Position numbers and translations under genes: made by a program. A model generated the notes under the pieces. The model did no database searches. It was not told the origin of the DNA and saw only the letters and a list, made by a program, of their open reading frames with translations. Of a stretch of DNA of 64,000 bases, positions 16,432-28,990 are shown piece by piece. Origin of the DNA: Eledone cirrhosa (Eukaryota); assembly GCA_964016885.1 (NCBI GenBank), contig OZ024748.1:8432001-8496000 (forward strand), in the 5' to 3' direction. Each line of letters begins with the position of its first letter. Position 1 is the stretch's first letter.

Positions 16432-16700
16432 GAAACCCGAGAAGTACCCAACCGATTTTTTTCAAACTTTACATGTGTATTACTTATGTTTCAGGGAGTG
16501 TTATGCACATAACAAAATTCAACTTTTTGACTCCCTTGGGCCCGCATTAGGTGAAAAACTGCATTTATTTCAGTAGATTGTATAAAACCCTCATTGATCT
16601 TCATCGATATATATGTATTTATCTCGTAATTTAACATGGAGTCGTAGGGTCGCCTTCCTAGGGACATACGCATCAATTTATGGCTCTGAACAAGCAATTC
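14086..16700 (+). mobile_element. Possible non-autonomous Helitron-like element hosting the R4-like insertion; similar start at 13620-13720
   Basis: tctatata..tataaaactga, a (GTAT)/(GT) microsatellite, then ccgatt..tcaaactt. This layout occurs twice and recalls microsatellite-bearing Helitron derivatives. No CTRR end was identified. Confidence 0.35.
14170..16272 (-). mobile_element. 5'-truncated, decayed non-LTR retrotransposon of the restriction-like-endonuclease type (R4/Dong-like): RT, CCHC finger, RLE and short 3' UTR
   Basis: Minus-strand frames give RT motifs (IACQNIMYKLY, QAGGK, WLDYQKAFDSVPH, IFQGDSLS, HLFFVDDLKLY, YRYLG), CRLC..EDVSHIVASC, RHD, then HNRPDIVVWD..EISCPLD..K and PIIIGATG, ending at a stop at 14251-14253. 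It is disrupted by frameshifts and stops. Confidence 0.9.
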
Positions 16701-16739
16701 CTATCTTACCGAGAGAGAGAAAGTCGAGGTAAACACTAT

Positions 16740-16780
<41 letters not shown>

Positions 16781-16828
16781 AATATAGAAAGGCTTCTACA
16801 GGACTAGAACTGTTTTATTCGAGATAAA

Positions 16829-16865
<37 letters not shown>

Positions 16866-17026
16866 GTAGAATACTGGTGGGTTATATCCGTAGTAGTATA
16901 GGAATGATTCCTTGGGACGAGTTTGGTAGAAGTAGTTCCACAACAGTTAATTCACCACTTCCGAAAACAATTGTTTCACCTTAGTTGTACAATTGTTTTT
17001 TTCTTTTCCGTACAATCTCATTTAAA

Positions 17027-17067
17027 CCGAGCTGATGATCCGACTAAGGTGAAACAATTGTTCTCGG
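17027..17067 (+). ncRNA. Minimal type-I hammerhead ribozyme motif with palindromic stem III
   Basis: ccgag-CTGATGA-tccgactaaggt-GAAA-caattg-TT-ctcgg. Stem I is a perfect 5 bp, with a CAATTG palindrome. A partial inverted copy lies at 16946-16985. Confidence 0.8.
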
Positions 17068-17209
17068 ACATGGTGAATTAACTCGTCTCCTTACCTGTGA
17101 TATCGCAGCCATGATGTGATGATATGCTGTTCAGGACTTCATTGTTCTATTGTCTATTTATTGCTGATATGTAATTTACTTACCTTGTGTTTTATACAAC
17201 GCAGAGATA

Positions 17210-17272
<63 letters not shown>

Positions 17273-17419
17273 AAAGGTAAACAGAAATAACAACAGAATC
17301 GGTACAGTATATGGAAGGGAAATATTAGGTTAACGCTTGATATAGCAGGAATATATTAAAATAACAGAAAGAATCGTTGCTTTGACCCTTCGGATTTTAG
17401 TCTTCACATTTATTATTAT

Positions 17420-17451
<32 letters not shown>

Positions 17452-17456
<5 letters not shown>

Positions 17457-17644
17457 AACCAGTAAGACCCCGACAGCTGAGCTCAAGCCGTTTCGACGGC
17501 TAATTCTGGACCAGAATTAGCCGTCGAAACGGCTTGAGCTCAGCTGTCGGGGTCTTACTGGTTCCTATTACCCACTCTACTTCCCCAAGTATTGAGTACT
17601 TTGGTGTGTTATGGTCCACCTGGTTCCTTACCACATTTCCTTCG

Positions 17645-17646
<2 letters not shown>
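17452..17646 (+). mobile_element. Family A element: perfect 58-bp-arm palindrome plus ~78-bp tail, in (TA)n
   Basis: 17452-17509 is the exact reverse complement of 17511-17568. The tail matches copies at 9645-9779, 9781-9972, 4478-4587 and 39809-39950. Confidence 0.8.
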
Positions 17647-17684
<38 letters not shown>

Positions 17685-17774
17685 ATAATAATAAAGTTGA
17701 AGACTAAAATCCAAAGAGGGCTCGATAAGGATAAATATATATCAAATATATAAGAGCCGTAGAGCAAATATTTA

Positions 17775-17806
<32 letters not shown>

Positions 17807-17959
17807 CATATATATATATATAAATGGAAAAAATGAAACGAAATTTCATTTTTCACTCTTAGTACGGCTGTTACTGAAGTATAAGTATGTATGATCAATA
17901 AACACTACCACCAACACTACCACCAACTGCACCACCACCATGTATGTACGTATACATAC

Positions 17960-18053
<94 letters not shown>

Positions 18054-18591
18054 CACTCATAGCTAGTTTAACTGAGATAACAAGTAGTTGAGATACCACT
18101 ACACAAACTAGATATGTGAGTGTGTCTCCATGAAAGATATACATACAAATTAGAGATCGGTTGTATACCAGTCTGTCATATTACACTTAATTACTTGGGT
18201 TTAATCTAAAGTTTTCGATAGGATCGAATACTTACTGATCAATCTGATCAATCAACACTACCACCAACACCACCAGCAACAACAACTCTATCACCACCAC
18301 TACCACTACCACCAGCACTGCCATTACAGCTTTAGAACTACCGAACTACGTTAAACATGCTCAGTATTGTGAACAATCTCAATATACACACAACTGAGCC
18401 CCCACTCCACGTCGAACACCACCACCACCACCACCACAACGAACAACAACAAATTTACCACTACCACTAGCATCATATAAGCAACAACAATTATGAGAAA
18501 TTTGGGTATTAGCTACGGGGAAAAGAAAGTATAACCACTACTATTAAAAGTATTATATATATATATATATATATATAATGTGTGTGTATAT

Positions 18592-18643
<52 letters not shown>

Positions 18644-19694
18644 ATAGAGTCAGGTTTGTATTGAGAATCCCATTATTAGTTCTCTGTACGTAACTATTTC
18701 TGAATTCTTCTTGTATTCAAGAGTTAGCACAACAGCTATAAACCTCTATCTATTGAAATATATTGCCTTGAAGCAGCGAGCTTATACGAAAGTCTCACAC
18801 ATCATTCCCATTGCTATTATAATGGTAAGAAGTCTTGCCTCTGACCCGGGGCTCGCCTGCTGCTTTTTCTCCAATATTACTAAAAGTTTTAGTACAAATT
18901 TCATTACATTCAGAAGAGCCCTGCAGGTAAATCTCAATTTTAGCCATGCAAATATTCGTTTTAGTCGCTTCCAGAGTTCACAATGACCACAAAAGTAATT
19001 TTATGTTGACTGCTCCAGGGACTCATTTCGTGAATTGTCGATCAAATAAAAGCAGCACTCTAGCAAAGTAAACTGAAGGAACGCTGATGCTGGCACGACG
19101 ACGCCATCTTGATTTAAGATGCAGAAGCATTCTGTGCAAGAAATTGCAAGAAGCTGCAAAAAAATAAAAAAAATAAAAAATATATATCTGTTGACTTGTA
19201 TGAGAAAAGAGAGTCCCTTAACAACATTCAGATGGCAAGCAACTAATAGAATGGGCAGACATTTTGGTATTAGGAATGGAGAGGTTAAAAGAGCACTAGA
19301 AAAGGGGAAAAGATTGGATTGAAAAACAACAGAACCAGAAAACAGGTATAGAAGAGATCGAAATTGTTGGCTAAAAAAAATATAACTGAAAAAAAACAAA
19401 ACAAATCTAAATAATGTAAAATTATAAGAAATAAATAGAACAAAGAAAAATAGTAAAGGCTACAGAATAACATGAAAAGTTACACACTAACTCACTCACA
19501 CATACTATATATACACATACATATGTGTGTGCGTGTGCGTGCGAGTATGCGTGAGTGTACGTATGTGTGGGTGTGAGTGTCTGTGTATGCATATATACAC
19601 ATAAAAATATGAATGTAATATATTTTATATATACAAGAAATATATGTTCTGAATATATATTCCTAATGTATACACACTCACACATATGTAATCA

Positions 19695-19758
<64 letters not shown>

Positions 19759-19936
19759 AATAATTTCAGAAGTAATAAAACACCGTTTATCACTTGGATA
19801 AAATATATAATAATAAAACATTGTTAATAAATTGAATCTAGCGTGTTCGTCTTTCATGAAACTTATCAAGATGTACACTTAGTCGTTAAATGAGGTTAAA
19901 TACACTGCCGAAAAGACTTATACCCCCCCCCCCCCC

Positions 19937-19987
<51 letters not shown>

Positions 19988-22480
19988 ATAGTAATAATAA
20001 TAATATTTATACTTATATATGAGGTGTATACAATTATAAATATGAAAGGGTAGTACTAAGCACTATATTATAGTATATTTATTTTCAACACGGTATCGTT
20101 GCTACCATTGGTTTCTAATCCTGCATGTGTCTTAGATTGTGTGTTTACACTTCAGCATGCGAGACGTTCACGCCAACAAATTAAGAGAGACAAGATATAT
20201 CTACAGGTCCACCGGATCCTGTAGCATCACGTGATAGCAGACTTTTACTGTATTTCCACTCTCAGCTCTTCCAATAGTTTCCAATCCTGTACAGTTTCAA
20301 TATATTCAAAATCATATAAAATCTATTGTCTTTTCATTTCTCTCTTGTTTAGTTAACACTGATGATATTGAACTTGTCTTTCATCCTTCTGGGTTGATGA
20401 AATAAAGTAGCAATTAAGTGCTGTGATGATAGACATCTGGGTTGATGAAATAAAGTAACAGTTAAGTGCTGTGATGGTAGACATTATTGAATTTCCTCCT
20501 CTCAAAAAGTGTTGACTTTACGCCTTAATTCGAAATCATCATCATCATCATCATCATCACCATCATAATAATAATCATAATCATCATCAACATTGTCCTT
20601 ATTATTATTATTTTGGGGAATTTGTTATGTTTGTTTTTTAGAATGTTTATTTTCTTAATCTTTATTATACATTTTATTCTATACAAAAAGACCCTCCACA
20701 CTCTACCGTCCTGTACCGTCTTTAATGTCTCCTTAATGTGAGCCCTGTTTGGCTGATAAAGAAGCCAACATTTAAAAATTATTGTTATTATTATTGTTGT
20801 TGTTGTAGTTGTTATTGCTATATGTATTGGCTTTGTACCTAAATCAGAAACTAATATTATTATTGATATATTTGAGGTAAGTTAAATCTCATTAGTAATG
20901 AATTAATGCCTTTACTTCTCTGTTTTATCTATTCTGACAAGTGAGGATTGTTTTATCTTCGTTGACAGAAACACTTTCAGAAATATGTCACAAGAATAAA
21001 TGAGTGAGTGATGTAACGTATTCATGTTTAAATTATAAATAACATAATGGTTGTGTGCTAAGATAACTCTAAATATATGTAGAGAGGTGTACTATAGTAG
21101 ACTCAGCCAGTGACAGTGGTGAGTTACCTACGTCTATAGAAAATCCTAATGGAGGGCAGTTTATAGAAGAGAAAACATACTTTATTATCTTCACACAGAC
21201 GATGGAACGGTTCAAAACTTAGGCCTTTCCATTCAATTATGCTTTTCTATGTTCATTTTGTTGTTTGTCCTAATATTTTGCTCCCTCTTGCTCTTAATAT
21301 GATGTTTCTATATCGAACAATTCTCTTTTAATCTCTCTGCCCTCCACATCGCAGCAATATATACCTTCATGGCTGTCATGAAACAGTGGTAAATTGAGGA
21401 TGATATTACAATCCTATTATCTCTGAAATACTGTATGATGCCCTGAATAGTTTGATAGTCTCTGGGTTTGTTCAAATTCCTTTAAAGGAAAATAATAAAT
21501 TATGATTTGAGAAAGAAAATATTCCGTAAAAGGAATGCTACAATTTTCGTATATGTTTTTAAATAGTTGGCCTAGCATGAATAATGGAATATTATCAAAC
21601 TTTAATCTGTTCTAATTCAGAACACAGCAATGTTTACATTTGTTAACAATCCATGTAGCTTCCTCTCGTATACACTTTTTCCATCTCTCTCTTCACAATT
21701 CACAAAGTGAATTTTCCCTCGTTTTTGTGAAACATGGAATTTTAGCGAAAGTAAAGGAACTCTCATAAACGATCTCCCTTTAAGTTGATTAACTAACAAA
21801 AAAATCTTAAAAAACAATAAAGTTTAATTAATTAATTAATTTACCCTAATATCATAAAAACATTAAGTAAGAAGAAAAGCTCGCCTGAGAAAAACCACTA
21901 TTTTGTTGTACATTTATATCTGTATGTGTTTGAATTTTTATTTTTGGCAAATGACGGAGATAGGAAAAAAATAATCCATAAAAATATCAATTAATTTAAT
22001 TAGAAATGAATTTAAAGCAAAGTTTGCTGAAGTGTATTTGAAAACTGTAAAATTCCATTGAAATTTTGTAATAATTTGGATAAAATCAACGAATATATCT
22101 GCCACTGCGATGGAAATCTATAAACAGAGGTCAAAGGATTAAAATCTATCGTTTTAATTTATTCACTTGAAATGAAATATGTCTGTCACGTGTAATGAAC
22201 AATGTCGTGTACTTACGTCTAACATAACTTATGTAATGTTAAAACTAACCGTATATCATTTTATCACTTAATAAGACAATTAAATCTCACCTTCCTTCTT
22301 CTCACCACAAAGCTCAGCACTATATTATAATTCCTAGTCGCATATTTGGCATTTATTCATCAATCTTTTAGAAGTATTTTATAAATGACGAATACTTTGT
22401 CACTTATTGTTGATAGTGTTAACTGCTATCTTTCCAATCAAATAAGACTTTCAAAGACGTATACTTATACAAGGAAGCAT

Positions 22481-22630
22481 GGCGGCAAATTGGCAGAGTC
22501 ATTCGAGCGTTGGATAGAATACTTTGTGGTATTCGTTCTAAGTCTGCTCCCTGAGTTCAAATCCCGTCAAGGTCAAATTTGCCTTTCATCCTTTCGGGGT
22601 CAATAAAAAAAGGTACCAGTCTACTACCGG
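22481..22630 (+). mobile_element. tRNA-derived SINE, same family
   Basis: tggcagagtc (A box), gagttcaaatccc (B box), gcctttcatcctttcggggtcaataaa. Confidence 0.75.
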
Positions 22631-24104
22631 GTTTGATTCTTCCTCACTTCTTTTTCCGCACTATTCTATCCTTCTCTAGAAGAAATCTGTTGTGTTCAGA
22701 TATGGAGAAGGGATGAGCTCCGCCATATTTAAAATGTCCAAGAAACGCTGTATGTCACTACGACACATTTACTGGATTGCACATGTCAGTGTCGCTGTTA
22801 TTGGTGTATAGCTCATGTCAGCACTGATCAAGAACATTCTAGATATGACCATCAGATACAGTGTCTGTTATTTAGGACGTATATCTAAGAATACTTTTTT
22901 GAATATGTCCTTTCAGTCTTTTAAGAAGGTAGGTGCCTATTTGAGGAAGACCTAGCTACTATTTCTAGTAGACTGAGTGATAGCGTTGTGATTGATCTCA
23001 TTTGTCCTACGTGTAATGAAAACCCCCAAATATGTGGGGCACAGGATCTCCTGAAAATGTTGCCCTTATAAGGGATATATATATTCCTCATCTTGGATCA
23101 AAGAAAGCTTCATCGACGTATGTGTTGATGGGAATGTTTCTAATCTTTATTCCAAAATATGTTGGGCTTAGATTATGTTCCTCCCTCCAATTTAATATCA
23201 ATAACATTATCAATGTCACTTATACGCATGTGTTACCCTTTATTTATCCACACTCATTCTCAAAGGTGTCCTAACATCCACCTTTTATACTTTACATCAA
23301 ATTCACCCTTCTCTGTGAACGGTAATCTCGAAACTATTCTCCAAATGGAGGTGTAACTCTCTGCTATCCTTCCACATTGTCGTGGGAGGTTTAGTAAACA
23401 ATTCCACAACTGACTGTTTACAATATTCCATTCTTTGTTTGCCGATGATACTTTAAATTTTGAATACATTTGTTAAATTACAAAATATATTGGATAAAAA
23501 ATATTTCAGTGTGATGCTGACCAGGTGGTTAATTCAGATAGTTCCAAAATTGATCCATTAAAGCTAGGATTGACTAGCGAAGTATTTCGTTGATAAATTA
23601 ATATTTAGAATATAATTACACGAAAGGCTACACTATGCAACAATTCTTTTATCTAAACACACCTATATAATACCGATAACTGATAGATTTTTTTCTATTC
23701 ATTCTTAGATTTATTCATGAAATAATTTCTGTTTTAGTTTTGGTTTTAATCGATGTCATTTTCATATGAAAATATAACAATATTACAATTTTCTGTGACT
23801 TGTTAATAAAACATTTTATGATGATTGTGCCACACAACCTCCGATAGAAAAATCAATATTTACAGACTAATAGTTAGTACTTTTTTCTAAGAACAGAATC
23901 TAAATTTTGCCAGAACCTACCTCATCACTCAATCTACAGGTGACAATATCTTAAAATAACTAAAACAATAAGTAGCCTGCTCCCCCAGTAAACATCGGCC
24001 TTGCACCTTGGTGCAAAAAGCCACTATTATGTATTCCTGTTTCAAACAACGATAATTTCCCTTGTTGGGAGTTTTGGGGTCCCTTCTCGCTAACAGAGAA
24101 ATAT

Positions 24105-24284
24105 AATTGTTTCTACTTTTGGCACAGGGCCAGTAATTAACCCAGTACGTTACTGGTACTTTATTTTATTGACCCCGTAAGGATGAAAGGCAAAGTTAAC
24201 CTCGGCGGGATTTGAACTCAGAACGTAAAGGGACGTAACTATGCTGTAAAGCATGGCGTCCGATCCTCTACCGATACTGCCAAA
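24105..24284 (-). mobile_element. tRNA-derived SINE, same family
   Basis: Very similar to 8951-9136 and 36200-36386. Confidence 0.8.
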
Positions 24285-25875
24285 TGCAGCAACAGTAGGT
24301 GACAAGAGAGTGGAAGTATCAGTAGCAACAGTGGTAATGACAAGGGAGAGGTGATAGGAGACCTGAGAGATATAAACAATACAGAAAGCGTTAATGACAG
24401 TCAGAGTCAAGAAAGGTATGGCGATCACTAGGAAATCAAGTTTGATAAATATTGAATGGTCGTCTGCATATGGAGAGTAGGTCGATACAGGAGCAGAGAT
24501 TTGACGTAAATCTACTAAGTCGTACTCAGCGACATTTGTTGAAAGAGTCAATGATATTAGAAACGATAATGAGAGAAAAATATTATTCCAAAGTACATAT
24601 GAACCCCTGCTTTTTTTTTCTCGTTACTATCATATTATCGTTTATAATTAGATATTTGTATCTTATATGATTTGATATATCAGAATACACATGATATAGA
24701 GATAATACTGCAAAAACATCTACCACGTAAAATCTTTGTACATTTGTAAATACACATATTCACACACTAGATGAGCGTGTATATATGTTTTTGAGTGTGT
24801 ATTTGTATACATACATAAATACATACTTAGATACATAGATACATAGATATATACATACATGCATATGTATATATATATTTATATATGCGTGTATATATAT
24901 ACACACGCATACACACACGCACATTTGTAAATGTCTGTATGTGTGTCCATGTGTGTATTATATGTTAGTAGCTAATTCTAAAACTTTTCCAATATAATAA
25001 GTTTTGTTAAAGATTTCCCCGAATTGTTTTGTTTTCTTCCACTTGGTGTGTGTTGTAGCTGCTACACCCAACAAGTTGTTTATAACCATTTTGTAAGACA
25101 AGTGAAACTGTCAACCAACATTCCTCTGTCATTGATTCCAATTCATTCCTCACCTCCACTACACCCAGCTTCATCTCATTCTCATCATAGATGATAAGAA
25201 TGAAACCAAGAAGAGATAAATCTGAGAAATATTAAGAAATGGATGAAGTTATGGTTGAAAAATCTTAATTTTTCTATAATTAACGTCTATTCATATGCCG
25301 CTAAAATCGTCTTTTGCTGTAAACAGATTCAAATAAGAAACTTATATACAGCTGTCGTATGTTTTATGTTGGCCGAGCGATAACAGGAAAAACTTCTGTC
25401 AATAGAAAATAAATTGATTAACGAAGAATATATCACTATTGATTTATGAAAAAATTAAACAAGGAGGTAACAAGGATTAGCTATGGGTTCAGTTTCTTTA
25501 GTAAACCAAAATATAAACCTCGTGTATTATCTTCCGCACAACAGGCAAGAATACTAATTTTTCTTTTCTGTCATTCCTTGTGAGTTGTGAGGACGTCTTA
25601 ATAACATTCGGCGTTTCTTGGTAAAAACCTGGCATAATACATCCATCTACTCTCCAGGATTAAACAGAAGAAAGACCTTGCATTGGTCCAATGCAAGGTC
25701 TTTCTTATGGCAGAAAAGAATAGTAGTAATTAGAAGGGCTAACATGTCATCTTCCTGCCTCTCCTGTGTGTGAGAAAAGGATGCAGGGATGACAATTCTA
25801 TATATATATATAATCATATATAAGTAGTGTGTCTATATGCGAGAGTTAATAGTTACATATGTATATGTACGCATA

Positions 25876-25945
<70 letters not shown>

Positions 25946-25949
<4 letters not shown>

Positions 25950-26139
25950 TTAATATAGATGAGATTCTACAGGACTAGAACTGTTTCATTCTTTAGAAAT
26001 CATCTGGAATCTGGCTGTCCAAAATAAATGTTGTGGTATTTATATCTTTTCAGGTGGTATATTAAAACTTTTATACTCTATGTATTGAGTACCTTACTTA
26101 CTGTGGTTACCTACGATTCAACTCGGAATAACTTACCTT
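25946..26139. mobile_element. Family D TA-flanked element with short terminal inverted segment, hammerhead-like motif and tail
   Basis: agttttaatata (25946-25957) pairs with tatattaaaact (26058-26069). The tail has gtattgagtac. A partial copy lies at 16781-16830. Confidence 0.6.
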
Positions 26140-26349
26140 ATATATATATATATATTTAGGTTTGAAGGTTCACCACTGGATAGATTTGGTCATTCCGTAT
26201 GGTCAATCTTGATGTAATAATATGAAGAGTACTCAACGTAGTGCAGTTCACCCGTCTTCGTTTGCGTAGTTGGTGGTGCTAATACGGAGTTAATTATTAT
26301 AATAAAATAACAGGAGGCTGGACTTGTGTAAATCCTTGAAAGGTTTATT

Positions 26350-26407
26350 ATACTATGATCATTTCAATGACCGGGTTCCGTATGAATCCGGTGATATCAT
26401 CAGGTAT
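26350..26407 (-). ncRNA. Mirror-copy hammerhead motif in the left arm of the same palindrome
   Basis: Reverse complement of 26614-26671. Confidence 0.8.
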
Positions 26408-26612
26408 TCTAAATATAATAAATGAATGTAACAGATAAAATCCATGGGGCTGAAAATCAAAGACCGGAGGACGACCGACCATCTAGCATCTTCCACTTTA
26501 GCCGGTCGTCCTCAACCGGCTAAAGTGGAAGATGATAGATGGTCGGTCGTCCTCGGGTCTATGATTTTCAGCCCCATGGATTTTATCTGTTACATTCATT
26601 TATTATATTTAG

Positions 26613-26671
26613 AATACCTGATGATATCACCGGATTCATACGGAACCCGGTCATTGAAATGATCATAGTAT
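26613..26671 (+). ncRNA. Minimal type-I hammerhead ribozyme motif in the right arm of a palindrome
   Basis: atac-CTGATGA-tatcaccgg..ccggtcatt-GAAA-tgatca-TA-gtat, with a TGATCA palindrome in stem III. Confidence 0.8.
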
Positions 26672-26717
26672 AATAAACCTTTCAAGGATTTACACAAGTC
26701 CAGCCTCCTGTTATTTT

Positions 26718-26792
<75 letters not shown>

Positions 26793-26885
26793 TACTTGGG
26801 GAGGGTCATATTGTTGTAATAATATTGCCAGAAATAACAACAGAACCAGAAATAATAACAGAACACTCACTGTTTGGTTATTATA

Positions 26886-26923
<38 letters not shown>

Positions 26924-26987
26924 CATATATAAGTATGTGTGTCTATATGCGTGAGTTAATAGTTATTTATGAATATGTACGTATATG

Positions 26988-27019
<32 letters not shown>

Positions 27020-28239
27020 AAATGTGTGTAATCCTTGGTACAGTTAGGTATATTAAGACTGTCTTAATATATATATATATATACACACATGTATATATAT
27101 ATATGTATATATACACTCACACACAAATATATTTCATATTGATACACTTATACATATCCCCTACAATAAACATTCACACACCTAACTTTGCTATAAAGCA
27201 TCCATTATCTAAATATCTATGTATATAATTAATGTTTACATCTAAGAAGTAAAAGTTCGGCTTCAGAAGAGAAATTTGTGAAAATTCAAATATAAGAGGA
27301 TGACCTAAATACTATGTACCAAATATGGTGCCTGCGTATCTCAGTAGATATATGGCTAATTCTGAGAAACTCGTTCACTATAAGTATTCAACTAGGACTA
27401 TTTATGATGCAGCAAGAGCAGCAGAAAATTACAAATTATATTCTCTATGTAAATAATTTCACTATTGCAGCTATCATTTGGCTTTCCATCTTGAGAGAGT
27501 AAGGTAAAATTGTAAATTCTACGGAATTATCTGTCATTATCTCAAACTGACAGCATGTCTACGTATATATGTGTCAGCTTCACGTTCAGTAAAGGGATTC
27601 TGTTTAACGAGACATTCATTTAGCCGCTGAATTACATGTTAGTGAAAGGTTTATTAAAGAGTTTTATGTAGAAATTCATCGAAATATTGCAGATAATATC
27701 CAGTTTATTTGCTTTGAAAGTATCGCAAATCATTATATAGTTGTGGCTTTAAAAGTTAATAACGAAGTCAATATTTATGGTATGTAAAGTGTTGTAAATA
27801 CATATTTTAGTATGAATGTATGTAGGTGTATGTGGTATATATGTGTGTATGTCAGTGTGTTTATAAATATATATTCATAAATACACACACAGTCACACAG
27901 ACACATGTACATACACAAACACACACCTATATTTATAAATATATAAGTGAGAAGCGTTTGAAACTTGAATATTAATATACATAGTAACATGCTTTACAGC
28001 ATATTCCCGTCTTTATGTGTATATATATATGTATGAAATATATAATTTCTATGCAATCAAAATTATATGACACATCTCTAGATGATAAACTAAAGTAAAT
28101 AATTACTACTGCTAATATAATATACATACATATGTTTATATGTACATACATACATATACATACACACACACACACACATATATATATATACATATATATA
28201 TATACACACACATATATATATGTATGTATGTATTTATGT

Positions 28240-28285
<46 letters not shown>

Positions 28286-28466
28286 TGTGTGTGTGTAAAT
28301 ATATATGTGTTTAGCAAACCATGGTTATTCAACTAGAGAAGAAATATATAAAACTCCTATCCTAACACCCATCCAAAGCTATTTTCTATCAACATATAAA
28401 AATATGTCGCATACATCCAACCATATATGCATGCATGTAGTTATATTTTACTGTACAAATATCACC

Positions 28467-28563
<97 letters not shown>

Positions 28564-28692
28564 AAACTCATCTATCTAACTAACTATTTATTAGTCTCTT
28601 TATATTTTTACGTCGTATATATATATATGTGTATATATATATGCATGTATATATATGCATATATATATGCATATATATATATATATATATGC

Positions 28693-28730
<38 letters not shown>

Positions 28731-28801
28731 ATATAAATATATGTAAATTTATATATATATATTTATATATATATATTTATATATATATTTATATATATAT
28801 T

Positions 28802-28832
<31 letters not shown>

Positions 28833-28845
28833 TTATATATATATT

Positions 28846-28880
<35 letters not shown>

Positions 28881-28954
28881 ATATATATACATACATACAT
28901 AAATATATATAATATATATATATATACATACATAAACGTATATGAAAATACTTT

Positions 28955-28990
<36 letters not shown>

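Larger units (their letters stand above)
26157..26726 (-). mobile_element. TA-embedded fold-back element: 212-bp inverted arms, hammerhead and ~138-bp one-sided tail (Penelope-like pLTR architecture)
   Basis: Arms 26295-26506 and 26515-26726 are nearly identical, with an 8-nt spacer. The tail is 26157-26294, and (TA)n lies on both sides. Confidence 0.75.

Noticed and set aside
18700-19260. Coding-like composition, faintly like an RTE RT N-terminal region
   Set aside because: Multiple stops and no unambiguous motif; it cannot be supported without a search.
23032-23469. Short overlapping ORFs with a YVDE motif on the minus strand
   Set aside because: No other RT motifs are nearby, and the evidence is insufficient.
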